A stretch of DNA of 64,000 nt from assembly GCA_963811165.1 (NCBI GenBank), contig CAWEQH010000010.1:32001-96000 (forward strand), given 5' to 3'. Source of the stretch: an uncultured Nitrospiraceae bacterium. Its GTDB lineage: Bacteria > Nitrospirota > Thermodesulfovibrionia > Thermodesulfovibrionales > UBA6898. A program made the translations under genes and the position numbers. Below, piece after piece: positions 1 to 10,388 of the stretch (position 1 is its first letter; each line of letters begins with the position of its first letter). Below the pieces are notes generated by a model. The model was not told where the DNA came from, did not search any database, and was given only the letters and a program-made list of their open reading frames with translations.

Positions 1-728
1 TGGCATACTGGCGCAACACAATGGCCCAGTGGAGGACAAGACTGGCCTGTTACAGGACCGACCTTGCCAAGGCAAGGACAGGGCTTGCCTTCCAACGGTG
101 GGGCCTCGGCACCCTTGCACTGGCCAATACGCTTATTAATTCGAAATATGCGGGAGATTCTCTTCCTCTTTATTTCTTCCTTGCTTCTGCCGGTGCGGCT
201 TTTTTCTTTTCGGGTCTGCCAAGTTATATGCGGATCAGGAGGTCAAGGCTGACGCCGCCCGGACACCATACCCTCGTCGAAGTGACTGCGGCGACGCTTC
301 TTTTCCTCGAGGATTATCACTACCTGGAGGACACGGGGACACGGCCTGCGACGAAGGGCACCATGCTGGCAAGGATGGGAGATATGCTTTCGGACCACTG
401 CACAATCTTTTACCCGTCTCCTTCAAGCAGGGTGCGTACGCAGCTGGCTCGGGAACGGAACGTTCTTGCGGCGCAAAGGACGATTGCCGCATGTTATAGG
501 ACGATTTACTCCCGTGCGAGGACCGGTCTTGCCTTCATGCGCACGGGGTTCTCTTTTATGAGTATCGGCATAGGTCTCTTAAGCTATTTCGGCATCGGCA
601 TAATGACGTCCTTTGACTTTTGTCTGGTCTTTGCCGGTCTCCTTATGCTCGTCGACGGCATGCTTTGGTATATGCCGGTAAGAAAGGAACAGGCCGAAAT
701 ACCAAGAAGTCTCGCTTACCCGGAATGA
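1..728 (+). CDS. DUF202/YidH-like repeated inner-membrane domain protein, 5' truncated
   Basis: Frame is open from the window edge. Repeated R-T-x-L-A-x-x-R-T-G-L-A-F motifs are each followed by hydrophobic helices. Confidence 0.6.
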   Translation, partial: AYWRNTMAQWRTRLACYRTDLAKARTGLAFQRWGLGTLALANTLINSKYAGDSLPLYFFLASAGAAFFFSGLPSYMRIRRSRLTPPGHHTLVEVTAATLLFLEDYHYLEDTGTRPATKGTMLARMGDMLSDHCTIFYPSPSSRVRTQLARERNVLAAQRTIAACYRTIYSRARTGLAFMRTGFSFMSIGIGLLSYFGIGIMTSFDFCLVFAGLLMLVDGMLWYMPVRKEQAEIPRSLAYPE

Positions 729-805
729 TCCTGCCGTCTTCAGAGTAGTCTTCGGAAAATGTATGAGGCGACTACGCATGTCCGACGAGGTATAATAACT
801 GGATA

Positions 806-2230
806 ATGAAGATAGAAAACAAGATCATACTCTCAAATGCCTTCAACATCGGGCTCATCCTATTGATCGGATTTTTTGCGATGCAGAACTTGAACCTTAT
901 ACTCACAAAGCTCCGTTTTGTCGAAATAGCCGACGACCTGAACGCCTCTTTCCTTGAGATGCGCCTTTCCGAAAAGAACTATTTCCTCTATAATGACGAG
1001 TCTGCGCTGGTCGACATAAGGGAGAAGATCGATTCGACGGTGCAGTCGATAGACCTTGCCGGCGGAGACATAAGCCGGGCCATAGGACAGGAAAATCTCG
1101 CCCTGCTGAAGTCCCATCTCAGGGAGTATTCGGAGACGGTCGAGGAGGTCCAAAAGAGTGCGCGCAAGGCCGCCAGCGTCGAGGCGACCTTCCGAACGAG
1201 AGGAAAAAACCTGAGGGAATTTTCGAACACAATCACGAGGCTTGAAAGGAAGGGCGTCAACAATATTATCGCCAGGGCGAAGAACGTGCTCTTTTATTCT
1301 TTCTGGGCTGTGCTGGCAACGGCGATAATCGTGAGCCATTTCATTTCGCAGCGGATATTGCATTCCCTGAGGGAGATTCAGAGGCTTGCGAAATCAATAT
1401 CTCAGGGCAACTTCAATAAGATAGAGGGCTTCTCGTCCGCGGATGAGTTCGGCTCCGTAATAACGGCGGTTAATTCCATGTCGGAGGAGCTGAGAAACCG
1501 GGAGGAGGAGCTTATCCAGTCGAAGAAACTTGCTTCCCTCGGCATTCTGACGGCCGGGGTGGCGCACGAGCTCACGAACCCCCTCAACAATATCTCCATG
1601 ATCGCACAGAACTATCAGGAGTTTTACGACGTATTGAGCGAAGGGAACCGGCTGGATCTCATGAATAAGATCGAGGGAGAGACCCGGAGGATAGAGGAGA
1701 TCGTGAGGAACCTCCTCGATTTTTCGAGGCCTAAGGAGGCCAAGCTCGAGGAGAAAGATGTAAATGCTGCCGTCGTGAAGGCTCTTGAACTTATGCAAAA
1801 CACCCTTGATATTTCCAACATCGAAGTCGGATCGTCATTGGCTGAGGACCTGCCCCGTGTGCAGATGGACGACCACCAGGTCCAGCAGGTGCTGGTGAAC
1901 CTTATCGTCAACGCGGTCCACGCCATGGAGCCTGGGGGGAAGCTGACCGTGGCCACGCGTAAAGGCGAGGGGGGAGATACGGTGAAGATTGAGGTGAGCG
2001 ACAACGGCAAAGGAATACCGGCCGAATATATTCCCCACATCTTCGATCCTTTCTTCAGCACGAAGGGGGTCGGAGGGACAGGGCTCGGTCTTTCGGTCAG
2101 TTACGGGATAATTAAAAACCATAAAGGCACTATCAAGGTCGAAAGCACGGTAGGGGAGGGGACCACGTTCATTATCGAGCTTCCGGTTTATAATAAAAGC
2201 AGGGGACCCGGGGTATTGCGCAATGCGTGA
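806..2230 (+). CDS. Membrane sensor histidine kinase (periplasmic domain, HAMP, HisKA, HATPase)
   Basis: Two TM segments; H-box AHELTNPL; N box NLIVNAVHAM; DNGKGI; FDPFFSTK; GTGLGL. Confidence 0.93.
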   Translation: MKIENKIILSNAFNIGLILLIGFFAMQNLNLILTKLRFVEIADDLNASFLEMRLSEKNYFLYNDESALVDIREKIDSTVQSIDLAGGDISRAIGQENLALLKSHLREYSETVEEVQKSARKAASVEATFRTRGKNLREFSNTITRLERKGVNNIIARAKNVLFYSFWAVLATAIIVSHFISQRILHSLREIQRLAKSISQGNFNKIEGFSSADEFGSVITAVNSMSEELRNREEELIQSKKLASLGILTAGVAHELTNPLNNISMIAQNYQEFYDVLSEGNRLDLMNKIEGETRRIEEIVRNLLDFSRPKEAKLEEKDVNAAVVKALELMQNTLDISNIEVGSSLAEDLPRVQMDDHQVQQVLVNLIVNAVHAMEPGGKLTVATRKGEGGDTVKIEVSDNGKGIPAEYIPHIFDPFFSTKGVGGTGLGLSVSYGIIKNHKGTIKVESTVGEGTTFIIELPVYNKSRGPGVLRNA

Positions 2231-2344
2231 AGGGGAAATATGTGTTATCCCGCATTCTGAAGAGACAGTCTTTTATCGGGTGTGCGGTTAATTATTTTTC
2301 AGAGAGAAATTATATGCTAGTGTGAAAGAGAGAGGAGACACTAA

Positions 2345-2716
2345 ATGGGTGCGAACAGGATCATGGTCATCGACGACGAGAAGATCGTGGGTGACATGTC
2401 AAAGCTGTCTTTAGAACAGGAGGGCTACACGGTAGAGACCTTCCTGAGCGCCGAACCCGCTCTAAAGAGGCTGCAGGAAGAAGAGTTCGACGTCGTTGTC
2501 ACGGACCTTAAGATGAGGGGCATAGACGGCATGGAGGTATTGAGGACCGTTAAAAAACTTTATCCCAAAACAAAGGTAATTATGATCACGGCGTTTGCCA
2601 ACCTCGACGCGGCGATTGAGGCGTTGAGAGGGGATGTTCACGACTTTTTCCCCAAGCCCGTCAGGATCAAAGAGTTGAAGGCGTCCATACAGAGGGCATT
2701 GAGCCAGCAGGAATGA
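2345..2716 (+). CDS. Single-domain response regulator
   Basis: IDDE, VTDLKM, MITAF and KP receiver motifs; RBS GAGGAG. Confidence 0.92.
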   Translation: MGANRIMVIDDEKIVGDMSKLSLEQEGYTVETFLSAEPALKRLQEEEFDVVVTDLKMRGIDGMEVLRTVKKLYPKTKVIMITAFANLDAAIEALRGDVHDFFPKPVRIKELKASIQRALSQQE

Positions 2717-5277
2717 AGAATGTCCTGGACAGAATAAGGTCTTTATTTGGTCCTTCCAAAGAGGACGGCGTCGGATCCATGCCGATAAAGACCGTTTTCA
2801 GGAGTTTCAAAGAGGTCCTTGAAGGCAACAGCCGGGCACTTGAAATCATTGCGGATATGGGTGAAAAGCTCGGGGGCGACTATCTCTTCGACATTAATTA
2901 CATTAAAAGCGCCTATTCCGAACTGGCTGGAACGGTCTCTAATTCTCTGCAGAACTTTGACGCCCTTACTGTAAACAGATACCTGAAGTTGCACGACGTG
3001 TTTAGTCGCGTCGACTCTCAGATAAAGAGGCTCATATTCGAAGTTACCCCTACGCCCGGCGTGATGGTACTTTCGTTCAAAGACATAACCTGGAATATGT
3101 TCCGGGATGTGGGCGGGAAGAACGCGGCCCTCGCGGAGATGACGAATTATCTGAAGCTCAACGTTCCGGAGGGCTTTGCCATAACGACCAGCGCATTTGA
3201 CGAGTTTGTAAGACATAACGGGTTGGAAGAAAAGATCCGGTCTCTCCGCGAGAGTTCCCCCATAGAAGACCGTCTTTTAGAACAGATGAGGGATCTCATG
3301 ACGAACGGTGCCATCCCTGCCGACCTCGATACCGCCATCGATAGCGCCGTCGAAAGGATCAGGGAGACCTTCGGGAGAGATTGTTTCCTCGCTGTCCGCT
3401 CAAGCGCCGAGGAGGAAGACGGAGAGCACTCCTTTGCAGGGCAGTTTGAGACCGTGCTGAACGTCCCTCTGGATGAGAGGGCGCTTAAGGACGCCTATAA
3501 GAAGGTCCTCGCCAGTCTTTTTTTGCCGGGCTCCGTTTCATATCAGACGGCCCTGGGGTATCGGATCGGGGACATAAAGATGGCGGTAGGTTGCCTCCTC
3601 ATGGTGGATGCAGTAAAGAGCGGAGTTATCTATACTATTGCGCCCAACGGGGACAGGGATATCATGGTAATAAATTCGACATGGGGACTTGGGCTGCTGG
3701 TAGTCGAAGGGCAGAGCGACACCGACATGTACATGGTGAAAAAAGATATCGAGCCCGAGGTGGTGGGGAGGAAGAGCGGAGGGAAGGAATATATGATCGT
3801 CGGCCGTAAAGGCGGCGGTATCGAAAAGATCAAAACACCGGATGAGATGCAAAGCGGGTCTTCGCTGACCTACCTTGAGATAGGAGAGCTTGCCAGACAG
3901 GCCGTCTCTATAGAAAAACACTTCAGAAAGCCGCAGGATATCGAGTGGGCCATCGACAAGGCCGGAAGACTTTTTATTTTGCAGGCGCGTCCGCTGCACG
4001 GTATCGAGGCAGAAGCGGGAGACTCTGCGCGCAATGAAAAGACGGCGGAGACCGGAGAGGTCCTTATGAAGGACAAAGGGGTTGTCGTGCAGAAGGGCGC
4101 GGGAGGAGGAAGGGTCTTTATCCTGAGGCACCCCGGTGAGATCGATGGGTTCCCGAAGGGCTCGGTGCTGGTTTCGAAGTACGACTCTTCAAATTTTGTG
4201 CGCATTATGCCCTACGTCTCGGCGATCATCACCGACATCGGTGCGCCTACAAGCCATATGGCGTCTCTTTGCAGGGAGTTCAGGGTCCCGACGGTTGTCA
4301 ACGCCGGGGATGCCACCAGGGTTTTCGAACACGGGCAGGAGGTCACGGTCGCGGTCGATGACAAGGGCGCTACGGTGTACGAAGGCGTCAGAAAGGAGTT
4401 GCTCAGGGACGGCGGGAGGAATTCCCTCAAGATGGACGAACTCTACGAATACCGAAAGCGGAGGTATGTGCTGAGACACATTTCGATGCTTAACCTTGTC
4501 GACCCCACGCAGGACAACTTCTCGCCCGAAGGATGCAGGACCCTGCATGATATTATCAGGTTCATGCATGAAAAAGCCGTGACCGAACTGGTCGTAAATG
4601 CAGGGCGCGGCAACGAGATAGCGAAAAAACACGCGACCGTGAAATTGGACCTTCCCGTCCCTGCAGGCATTGTCGCGATAGATATAGGCGGCGGCCTGGA
4701 CGTAGGCCAGGATGCCGGGAAGGCCTCATTTGAGCAGATCCTCTCCGTGCCGCTCAGGGCGGTCGCCCGGGGGATGATGCACCCCGGGGTCTGGCATGCC
4801 GACGCGGTCTCGCTTAAGATGGGGGATTTCTTTTCGAGCATGATGAGGATGCCTGACCTTGCGGCAGACAGGAGCGAGTACATCGGCTATAACGTGGCGG
4901 TCGTCTCCGGCGAATATCTCAATTTGAGCATCAGGTTCGGTTACCACTTTACCGTGCTTGACTGTTACTGCAGCGAGAATGCGAGAAACAATCATGTCTA
5001 TTTCCGGTTTATCGGCGGCGCGACTGATATGATCAAAAGATCGAGGAGGGTGGAGGTCATCTCTTTTGTTCTGAAAGAGTTTGGTTTTACGGTGACGACC
5101 AGGGGTGACCTCCTCATCGGGAGGCTGGCCAATATAGACAGGGACGAGATGGAGGGTGTCCTTGATCAACTCGGCAGGCTGATGGCGTTTACGAGACAGC
5201 TCGACGCGGTACTCAATGATGAGGCCTCTGTGGAGCGATTTAGCAGAAATTTCATCGAAGGCAGATATACGATCTGA
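2713..5277 (+). CDS. PEP synthase/PPDK-like protein (ATP-grasp plus phospho-His swivel domain, atypical C-terminus)
   Basis: VGGKNA, AVRSSA..ED..SFAGQF, QDIEWA, LQARP, and the swivel His in TSHMASLCRE. The start overlaps the RR stop (ATGA). Confidence 0.85.
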   Translation: MKNVLDRIRSLFGPSKEDGVGSMPIKTVFRSFKEVLEGNSRALEIIADMGEKLGGDYLFDINYIKSAYSELAGTVSNSLQNFDALTVNRYLKLHDVFSRVDSQIKRLIFEVTPTPGVMVLSFKDITWNMFRDVGGKNAALAEMTNYLKLNVPEGFAITTSAFDEFVRHNGLEEKIRSLRESSPIEDRLLEQMRDLMTNGAIPADLDTAIDSAVERIRETFGRDCFLAVRSSAEEEDGEHSFAGQFETVLNVPLDERALKDAYKKVLASLFLPGSVSYQTALGYRIGDIKMAVGCLLMVDAVKSGVIYTIAPNGDRDIMVINSTWGLGLLVVEGQSDTDMYMVKKDIEPEVVGRKSGGKEYMIVGRKGGGIEKIKTPDEMQSGSSLTYLEIGELARQAVSIEKHFRKPQDIEWAIDKAGRLFILQARPLHGIEAEAGDSARNEKTAETGEVLMKDKGVVVQKGAGGGRVFILRHPGEIDGFPKGSVLVSKYDSSNFVRIMPYVSAIITDIGAPTSHMASLCREFRVPTVVNAGDATRVFEHGQEVTVAVDDKGATVYEGVRKELLRDGGRNSLKMDELYEYRKRRYVLRHISMLNLVDPTQDNFSPEGCRTLHDIIRFMHEKAVTELVVNAGRGNEIAKKHATVKLDLPVPAGIVAIDIGGGLDVGQDAGKASFEQILSVPLRAVARGMMHPGVWHADAVSLKMGDFFSSMMRMPDLAADRSEYIGYNVAVVSGEYLNLSIRFGYHFTVLDCYCSENARNNHVYFRFIGGATDMIKRSRRVEVISFVLKEFGFTVTTRGDLLIGRLANIDRDEMEGVLDQLGRLMAFTRQLDAVLNDEASVERFSRNFIEGRYTI

Positions 5278-5456
5278 ATCTCGCCTGAGCCGGTCGTTAC
5301 CCCGCGGCAGTGGAAGCTTTTCTCAGCGTGCCAAGCAGGAACGGCGCTTAATAGTGAAATCGAGCCCTGCATCTCCCTCGAAGCATTCCGGGGTTTGTAC
5401 CGGCACTCCCATTTCAATAGCTATTTCGTTTGCGGTATAATAGTGATATATCTTCT

Positions 5457-7979
5457 ATGAGTATCCTCCTCAAAATATTAAGATTGAGAACCTGGCATTT
5501 ACTGTTGATCTCGATCATTTGTTCGGAAGTCTTTACCCTGTTCCTGAATATCCTGCAGAGCATCGTATGGTGGAAGAAAATCCATTCGGACCTGCTGATT
5601 ATTGGGACCGTCGACGCTTTTCTGGTCTCCCTCGTTGTGACCTCCTTCATGCTTTATATTGTGAGATCTTCATTGGCAATTCTTTTTGAGAAGGAGGCGC
5701 TGGAGAGGGAGATGACAGAGCGCACTAAGGCGGAAGAGGCGCTGCGTCTCAGTGAGAACAAATATCGGAATCTTGTCGAGAACATAGAGGAGAAACACTT
5801 TATCTATTCTCACAACCTTGATGGCATCTTCACCTATGTCAGTCCTTCCATAAAAAACATCCTCGGGTACTCTCAGGAAGAGTTCTGCACCCACTACAGC
5901 CGCTATCTGACCGGCAACCCGGTCAACAGGGAGGTCGGGCCGCATACGGAGCAGAGCATCCGGGGGATAAAACAGCCGTCGTACGAGGTCGAGATCTATC
6001 ACAAGAACGGCGGGACCCGGTGGCTTGAAGTGAGCGAGACACCGATCTTTGACCCGGAAGGGCGGGTCACCGCGGTTCAGGGCATCGCCCAGGACATCAG
6101 CGACCGGAAGCGGGCAGCCGAGGCCATCCTCAGCTCAGAAGAGCGGTACCGGCTCATCTTTGAGCATAACCCCATGCCCATGTGGGTCTATGACCTTACT
6201 ACACTTTGTTTCATTGCCGTCAATGAAGCGGCGATCCGCGATTACGGATACTCGCGGGAAGAGTTCCTGGGAATGACCATCAAAGACATGAGGCCGCCCG
6301 AGGATGTGCCGGAGCTTCTCAGGCATGTGAGCAAACTGGATGCCGGACCCGCCCGTTCCGGGATATGGAGGCACAGGAAAAAAGACGGGACGATCTTATT
6401 TGCGGAGGTCATTTCTCACGGGATAGAATATGGCGGGAAACAGGTAAGGCTCGTCCTAGCTAATAACATCACCGAACGCAAAAAGATTGACGAGGTGTTG
6501 CAGCAATCGGAACAGCGGTACCGAAGTCTCGTCGAGAATGCCCCGGATGTCATTTACAGTCTTTCTCCGGAGGGGATCATCACCTCGCTGAACCCCTCTT
6601 TTGAAAGGATCACGGGTTTCCAGAAGGGTGACTTTATCGGCAAGGACTTTGTAAATATTGTCCATCCCGATGACCGCGCTTTGGCAATAAAACAGTTCCG
6701 GCGCGTTCTAGGGGGGGAATCTCTTGCGATATTTGAACTGCGCTCTCTTTCGAAGTCGGGCGCATACCTTGCGGGGGAATTTCTCGCGACGCCTCAAACA
6801 AAGGATGGAAAGGTGGTCGCCATTCTGGGCATCGCCCGCGATATCACTGAGCGTAAGCAGATGGGGGAAGAGAAGGAAAAGCTCTTTTGTGAGCTCGAGC
6901 AACTGCTCGCGGTCGTCAGCCGCTCCCAGAGGGAATGGCAGGAAACCTTTGACAGCATCACCGACGTGATATTCCTCAGCGATCTCGATCTCAGCATCAC
7001 CAGGGTCAACAGGGCGGCTGAAAAGATGTTTGGCATCCCTCTACTGCAGCTTCTGGGGAAAAAGTGTCACGATCTGTTACAAGGGACCTCTCTTGCTCCT
7101 GAATCCTGTCCGGGATACCAGGCACTTAAGACAGGAAAGGTCGCGAACGTTGAAATGTACGAACCAAGACTGGGTTTGTTCCTTGATGTTAGGGTCATCC
7201 CCAGGTTCGGCAAGAACGGCGAGATGACGGGATTGATCCATGTCATCAGGGATGCGACGGAACACAAGAAACTCGAGGAACAGCTTCGACATGCCCAGAA
7301 GATGGAAGCGCTGGGCCAAATGGCCGCGGGGGTTGCACACGAGGTTCGGAACCCGCTCCATTCGATCATGTTGATTTCTGAAGCGCTTCACCAGGAACTG
7401 AAAGAGGACCCTGCATATGATGTCTATCTTTCTCATATACATGAACAGGTGAAACGCCTTTCTTTGCTGATGAAGGATTTGCTGGATTTGGGGAAGCCGG
7501 TCGAACCGGCAAGTTTGAGTCCTGAACCACTGACAGAGATATGTGCTGCGGCAATCCATCTATGGAAGCACTCGCCTCTCAGTGAGGGGCATGCAGTTGA
7601 ATTGATTCATTCTGAGGACGACGGCAATATTGTTGTCATGGCCGACAGTCAGAGATTGCAGCAGGTTTTTCTTAATCTTCTCGATAATGCGGCACAGCAC
7701 AGCCCCGAAGGCAGTGCAATAAGGATTATTGTCGAGGGACCTGCCGGTAATATGATCAAGGCCTATGTGGTTGACAGGGGGTCAGGGGTACCGGAAGGGC
7801 TGTTGTCCCGCGTGTTCGAGCCGTTTTTTTCGACGCGAAGGGGAGGCACCGGACTGGGCCTCAGTATTATAGGCAATATTGTCGAGAGTCACGGCGGGAG
7901 CTTATTGATAAGGAACAATGTTCCTCCGCCGGGATGCTCCGCAGAGTTGAGTCTGCCCATTGTAGAGGTGCCGGGGTGA
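5457..7979 (+). CDS. Multi-PAS sensor histidine kinase
   Basis: Two N-terminal TM segments, four PAS/PAC repeats (DITERK-type ends), AHEVRNPL, FEPFFSTR, GTGLGL. ATG 5457 is preferred over TTG 5430. Confidence 0.92.
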   Translation: MSILLKILRLRTWHLLLISIICSEVFTLFLNILQSIVWWKKIHSDLLIIGTVDAFLVSLVVTSFMLYIVRSSLAILFEKEALEREMTERTKAEEALRLSENKYRNLVENIEEKHFIYSHNLDGIFTYVSPSIKNILGYSQEEFCTHYSRYLTGNPVNREVGPHTEQSIRGIKQPSYEVEIYHKNGGTRWLEVSETPIFDPEGRVTAVQGIAQDISDRKRAAEAILSSEERYRLIFEHNPMPMWVYDLTTLCFIAVNEAAIRDYGYSREEFLGMTIKDMRPPEDVPELLRHVSKLDAGPARSGIWRHRKKDGTILFAEVISHGIEYGGKQVRLVLANNITERKKIDEVLQQSEQRYRSLVENAPDVIYSLSPEGIITSLNPSFERITGFQKGDFIGKDFVNIVHPDDRALAIKQFRRVLGGESLAIFELRSLSKSGAYLAGEFLATPQTKDGKVVAILGIARDITERKQMGEEKEKLFCELEQLLAVVSRSQREWQETFDSITDVIFLSDLDLSITRVNRAAEKMFGIPLLQLLGKKCHDLLQGTSLAPESCPGYQALKTGKVANVEMYEPRLGLFLDVRVIPRFGKNGEMTGLIHVIRDATEHKKLEEQLRHAQKMEALGQMAAGVAHEVRNPLHSIMLISEALHQELKEDPAYDVYLSHIHEQVKRLSLLMKDLLDLGKPVEPASLSPEPLTEICAAAIHLWKHSPLSEGHAVELIHSEDDGNIVVMADSQRLQQVFLNLLDNAAQHSPEGSAIRIIVEGPAGNMIKAYVVDRGSGVPEGLLSRVFEPFFSTRRGGTGLGLSIIGNIVESHGGSLLIRNNVPPPGCSAELSLPIVEVPG

Positions 7980-9298
7980 CGAAATCGAACATTCTTTTGG
8001 TGGATGACGATCCGGCAACTCTGTTCGGACTTTCCCGGTATCTGAAAAAGGCAGGCTATAATGTCAGGGAAGCGTCCTGTCTTATGGAAGCCAGGGAGGT
8101 CATAGTATCCGAGCGTTTCGATGCAGTCATACTCGACATGATATTGCCTGACGGCAGCGGTGTCGACTGGATAGGAGATCTGAGGGGGAACTATTGTGAA
8201 CTGGCTATTATCATAATCACCGGAGCAGGCGATATCCCCCTTGCTGTAAATGCGATGCGCCGGGGCGCGGATAATTTTCTTACGAAGCCGGTGAGCATGC
8301 CTGAACTGGACGTTTTCCTGAGAAAGAGCCTGGAACTTGGAGACCTGAGAAGAAAGAACCTGACCCATCAGCGTTTGTCTGGAAAAACTCAACCCTATTT
8401 TGGAGAATCTCCGGCCATGGGAAAAGTCATGGAGCTTGCTTCAGTGGCTGCCGAAAACAACTCGGCAGTTTTGCTTTGCGGCGAAACGGGCACGGGAAAA
8501 GGTGTCCTGGCAAAGTGGATTCATGAGCATGGGCCCTCGAAATCCGGCCCCTTTGTGGAGGTCAACTGTTCGGGCTTAAAAGGCGAGCTCCTCACAAGCG
8601 AGCTTTTCGGGCACGTCAGGGGCGCTTTCACGTCGGCCGTACAGGATAGACAGGGGCTTATAGAAGTCGCGGACAGAGGGACTCTCTTCCTGGACGAAAT
8701 AGGGGATATGGACCTCGCAGTGCAGGCCCAGTTTCTGAAGGTCATAGAAGAAAAATGCTTCCGCAGACTCGGCGAGGTAATTGTGAGGAAAAGTGATTTC
8801 AGGCTGATTACCGCGACCAACAAGGACCTCGCGGAAGAAACGCGGAAAGGCAGATTTCGTAACGACCTCTTTTTCCGTATTAATATTTTCCCCATTCATA
8901 TGCCCCCGCTGCGTGAGAGGCTGGACGATCTGCCGGAGCTTGTCCGTCACCTCCTGACCTCCTTCCCGGCATCGCGGACGGAAATCTCTCCTGAAGTAAT
9001 GTCGATGCTCAAGACGTATCCATGGCCCGGCAATATCCGTGAACTGAAGAATGTTCTGGAAAGGGCTCTTTTGCTTTCACGGGGAGGCCCGCTTTCTATC
9101 GGACATTTTCACGGCATGGACGTCTCTGTTGGGTCTTCACAAGCCGTTGGAGAAGAAATAAAGGATCTGGACCTGATCGAAAGGGACCACATCAAAGCGG
9201 TGATCGAACGCTCCGGAGGCGACGTAACAGAGGCAGCCAAAATACTGGGTGTCTCCCGGGCGACGTTATACCGTAAACTGAAGAGATCTCAGAAGTGA
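7976..9298 (+). CDS. Sigma-54-dependent NtrC-family response regulator (REC-AAA+-Fis HTH)
   Basis: GTG start overlaps the kinase stop; GETGTGK, GAFTSA, LFLDEIG, WPGNIREL; C-terminal HTH LGVSRATLYRKL. Confidence 0.93.
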   Translation: MTKSNILLVDDDPATLFGLSRYLKKAGYNVREASCLMEAREVIVSERFDAVILDMILPDGSGVDWIGDLRGNYCELAIIIITGAGDIPLAVNAMRRGADNFLTKPVSMPELDVFLRKSLELGDLRRKNLTHQRLSGKTQPYFGESPAMGKVMELASVAAENNSAVLLCGETGTGKGVLAKWIHEHGPSKSGPFVEVNCSGLKGELLTSELFGHVRGAFTSAVQDRQGLIEVADRGTLFLDEIGDMDLAVQAQFLKVIEEKCFRRLGEVIVRKSDFRLITATNKDLAEETRKGRFRNDLFFRINIFPIHMPPLRERLDDLPELVRHLLTSFPASRTEISPEVMSMLKTYPWPGNIRELKNVLERALLLSRGGPLSIGHFHGMDVSVGSSQAVGEEIKDLDLIERDHIKAVIERSGGDVTEAAKILGVSRATLYRKLKRSQK

Positions 9299-9399
9299 CC
9301 CCCGGAACAGGCTGGTCTGAATCCATAATTCAGAATAAAAGAGCTCTTCTTTTCCACGCCGACTGACCTCTGAGTTTTGAAGATTTACTGTCCTTGCGA

Positions 9400-9436
9400 G
9401 TCTCATTTTTGAGACCGGCAGTCTCAAAAATGAGAC
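9400..9436. promoter_or_regulatory. Tandem palindromic enhancer (UAS) for a sigma-54 activator
   Basis: GTCTCA-TTTT-TGAGAC (9400-9415) and GTCTCA-AAAA-TGAGAC (9421-9436), 21 bp centre to centre. Confidence 0.75.
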
Positions 9437-9498
9437 CTTCAGTCTCTGTACCATTCCTATCTCCTTGAAAGATAAGGCTTTCACCCCCCCCGTTGTTA

Positions 9499-9515
9499 TC
9501 GGCACCGAAATTGCT
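9499..9515 (+). promoter_or_regulatory. Sigma-54 -24/-12 promoter of the chemotaxis cluster
   Basis: tcGGCACcgaaaTTGCt: GG-N10-GC, matching the consensus TGGCAC-N5-TTGC. Confidence 0.8.
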
Positions 9516-9566
9516 CCTAATGAAAAAAAAATACAACCGCGAATGTCGTTTACGCGAGAGGAAAGT

Positions 9567-9938
9567 ATGACGGCAAAGAAAAAGGTATTGATGGTAGATG
9601 ACGCGGCAGTGGTCAGGCAGATCGTGACGTTGACGTTGACGAATGCGGGATATGAGGTCATACAGGCGATAGACGGCAACGATGCATTAACGAAGCTGCG
9701 CACTAATAACATTTCAATGGTGATCACCGATCTTAACATGCCCGGGATGGACGGTATCGAATTCATTAGGCAGGTGAGGGGAAAAAGTGAGTTTAGGTTT
9801 ATGCCCGTTGTTATGCTGACAACCCAATCCCAGGCATCCAAAAGAGAGGAGGGAAAAGAGGCGGGCGCCAGCGGCTGGATATGTAAACCCTTCACCTCTG
9901 CACAGTTAATAGGAGTGTTGCAAAAGTTTATTGTATGA
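9567..9938 (+). CDS. cheY: CheY-like response regulator
   Basis: VDDA, ITDLNMPGMDG, MLTT, GASGWICKPF; ATG follows GAGGA. Confidence 0.85.
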   Translation: MTAKKKVLMVDDAAVVRQIVTLTLTNAGYEVIQAIDGNDALTKLRTNNISMVITDLNMPGMDGIEFIRQVRGKSEFRFMPVVMLTTQSQASKREEGKEAGASGWICKPFTSAQLIGVLQKFIV

Positions 9939-9995
9939 GACGGTACGCTTCATTGGATTGTAAAAAAAGGGCTTTCAGCAAAAAGGAACAATATA

Positions 9996-10388
9996 ATGAA
10001 TGAGAAAAAAATTCTTGTCGTTGATGACGAAAAGACATTCCTGGTGGCGATAGAGAGATTGCTGCGAGGTCCTGAATTTTTCGTTGCTACTGCGGAAAGC
10101 TTTGAAGAAGCAATGACTCTTCTTAACGAGCACGACTTTCATATCGTCATCACGGACATCAGGCTGTCCAATGTGACGAGGAACGAAGGCTTGGAGATTC
10201 TTCAACATGTAAAAGAAGCTAAGCCTGGCACGACGGTCGTAATTCTCACCGGGTATGGAAATCCCAAGATCATGGAAAATGCCTACTCGCTGGGGGCCAA
10301 TCTCTATCTGGAAAAACCCTTCCCTTTCAATATCCTCAGAAGCATAATACAAAATCAGAAGGGCAATGGATGGAGCCGGCCGGAGTGA
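9996..10388 (+). CDS. Single-domain response regulator
   Basis: VVDDE, ITDIRL, LTGYG, EKP. Confidence 0.88.
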   Translation: MNEKKILVVDDEKTFLVAIERLLRGPEFFVATAESFEEAMTLLNEHDFHIVITDIRLSNVTRNEGLEILQHVKEAKPGTTVVILTGYGNPKIMENAYSLGANLYLEKPFPFNILRSIIQNQKGNGWSRPE

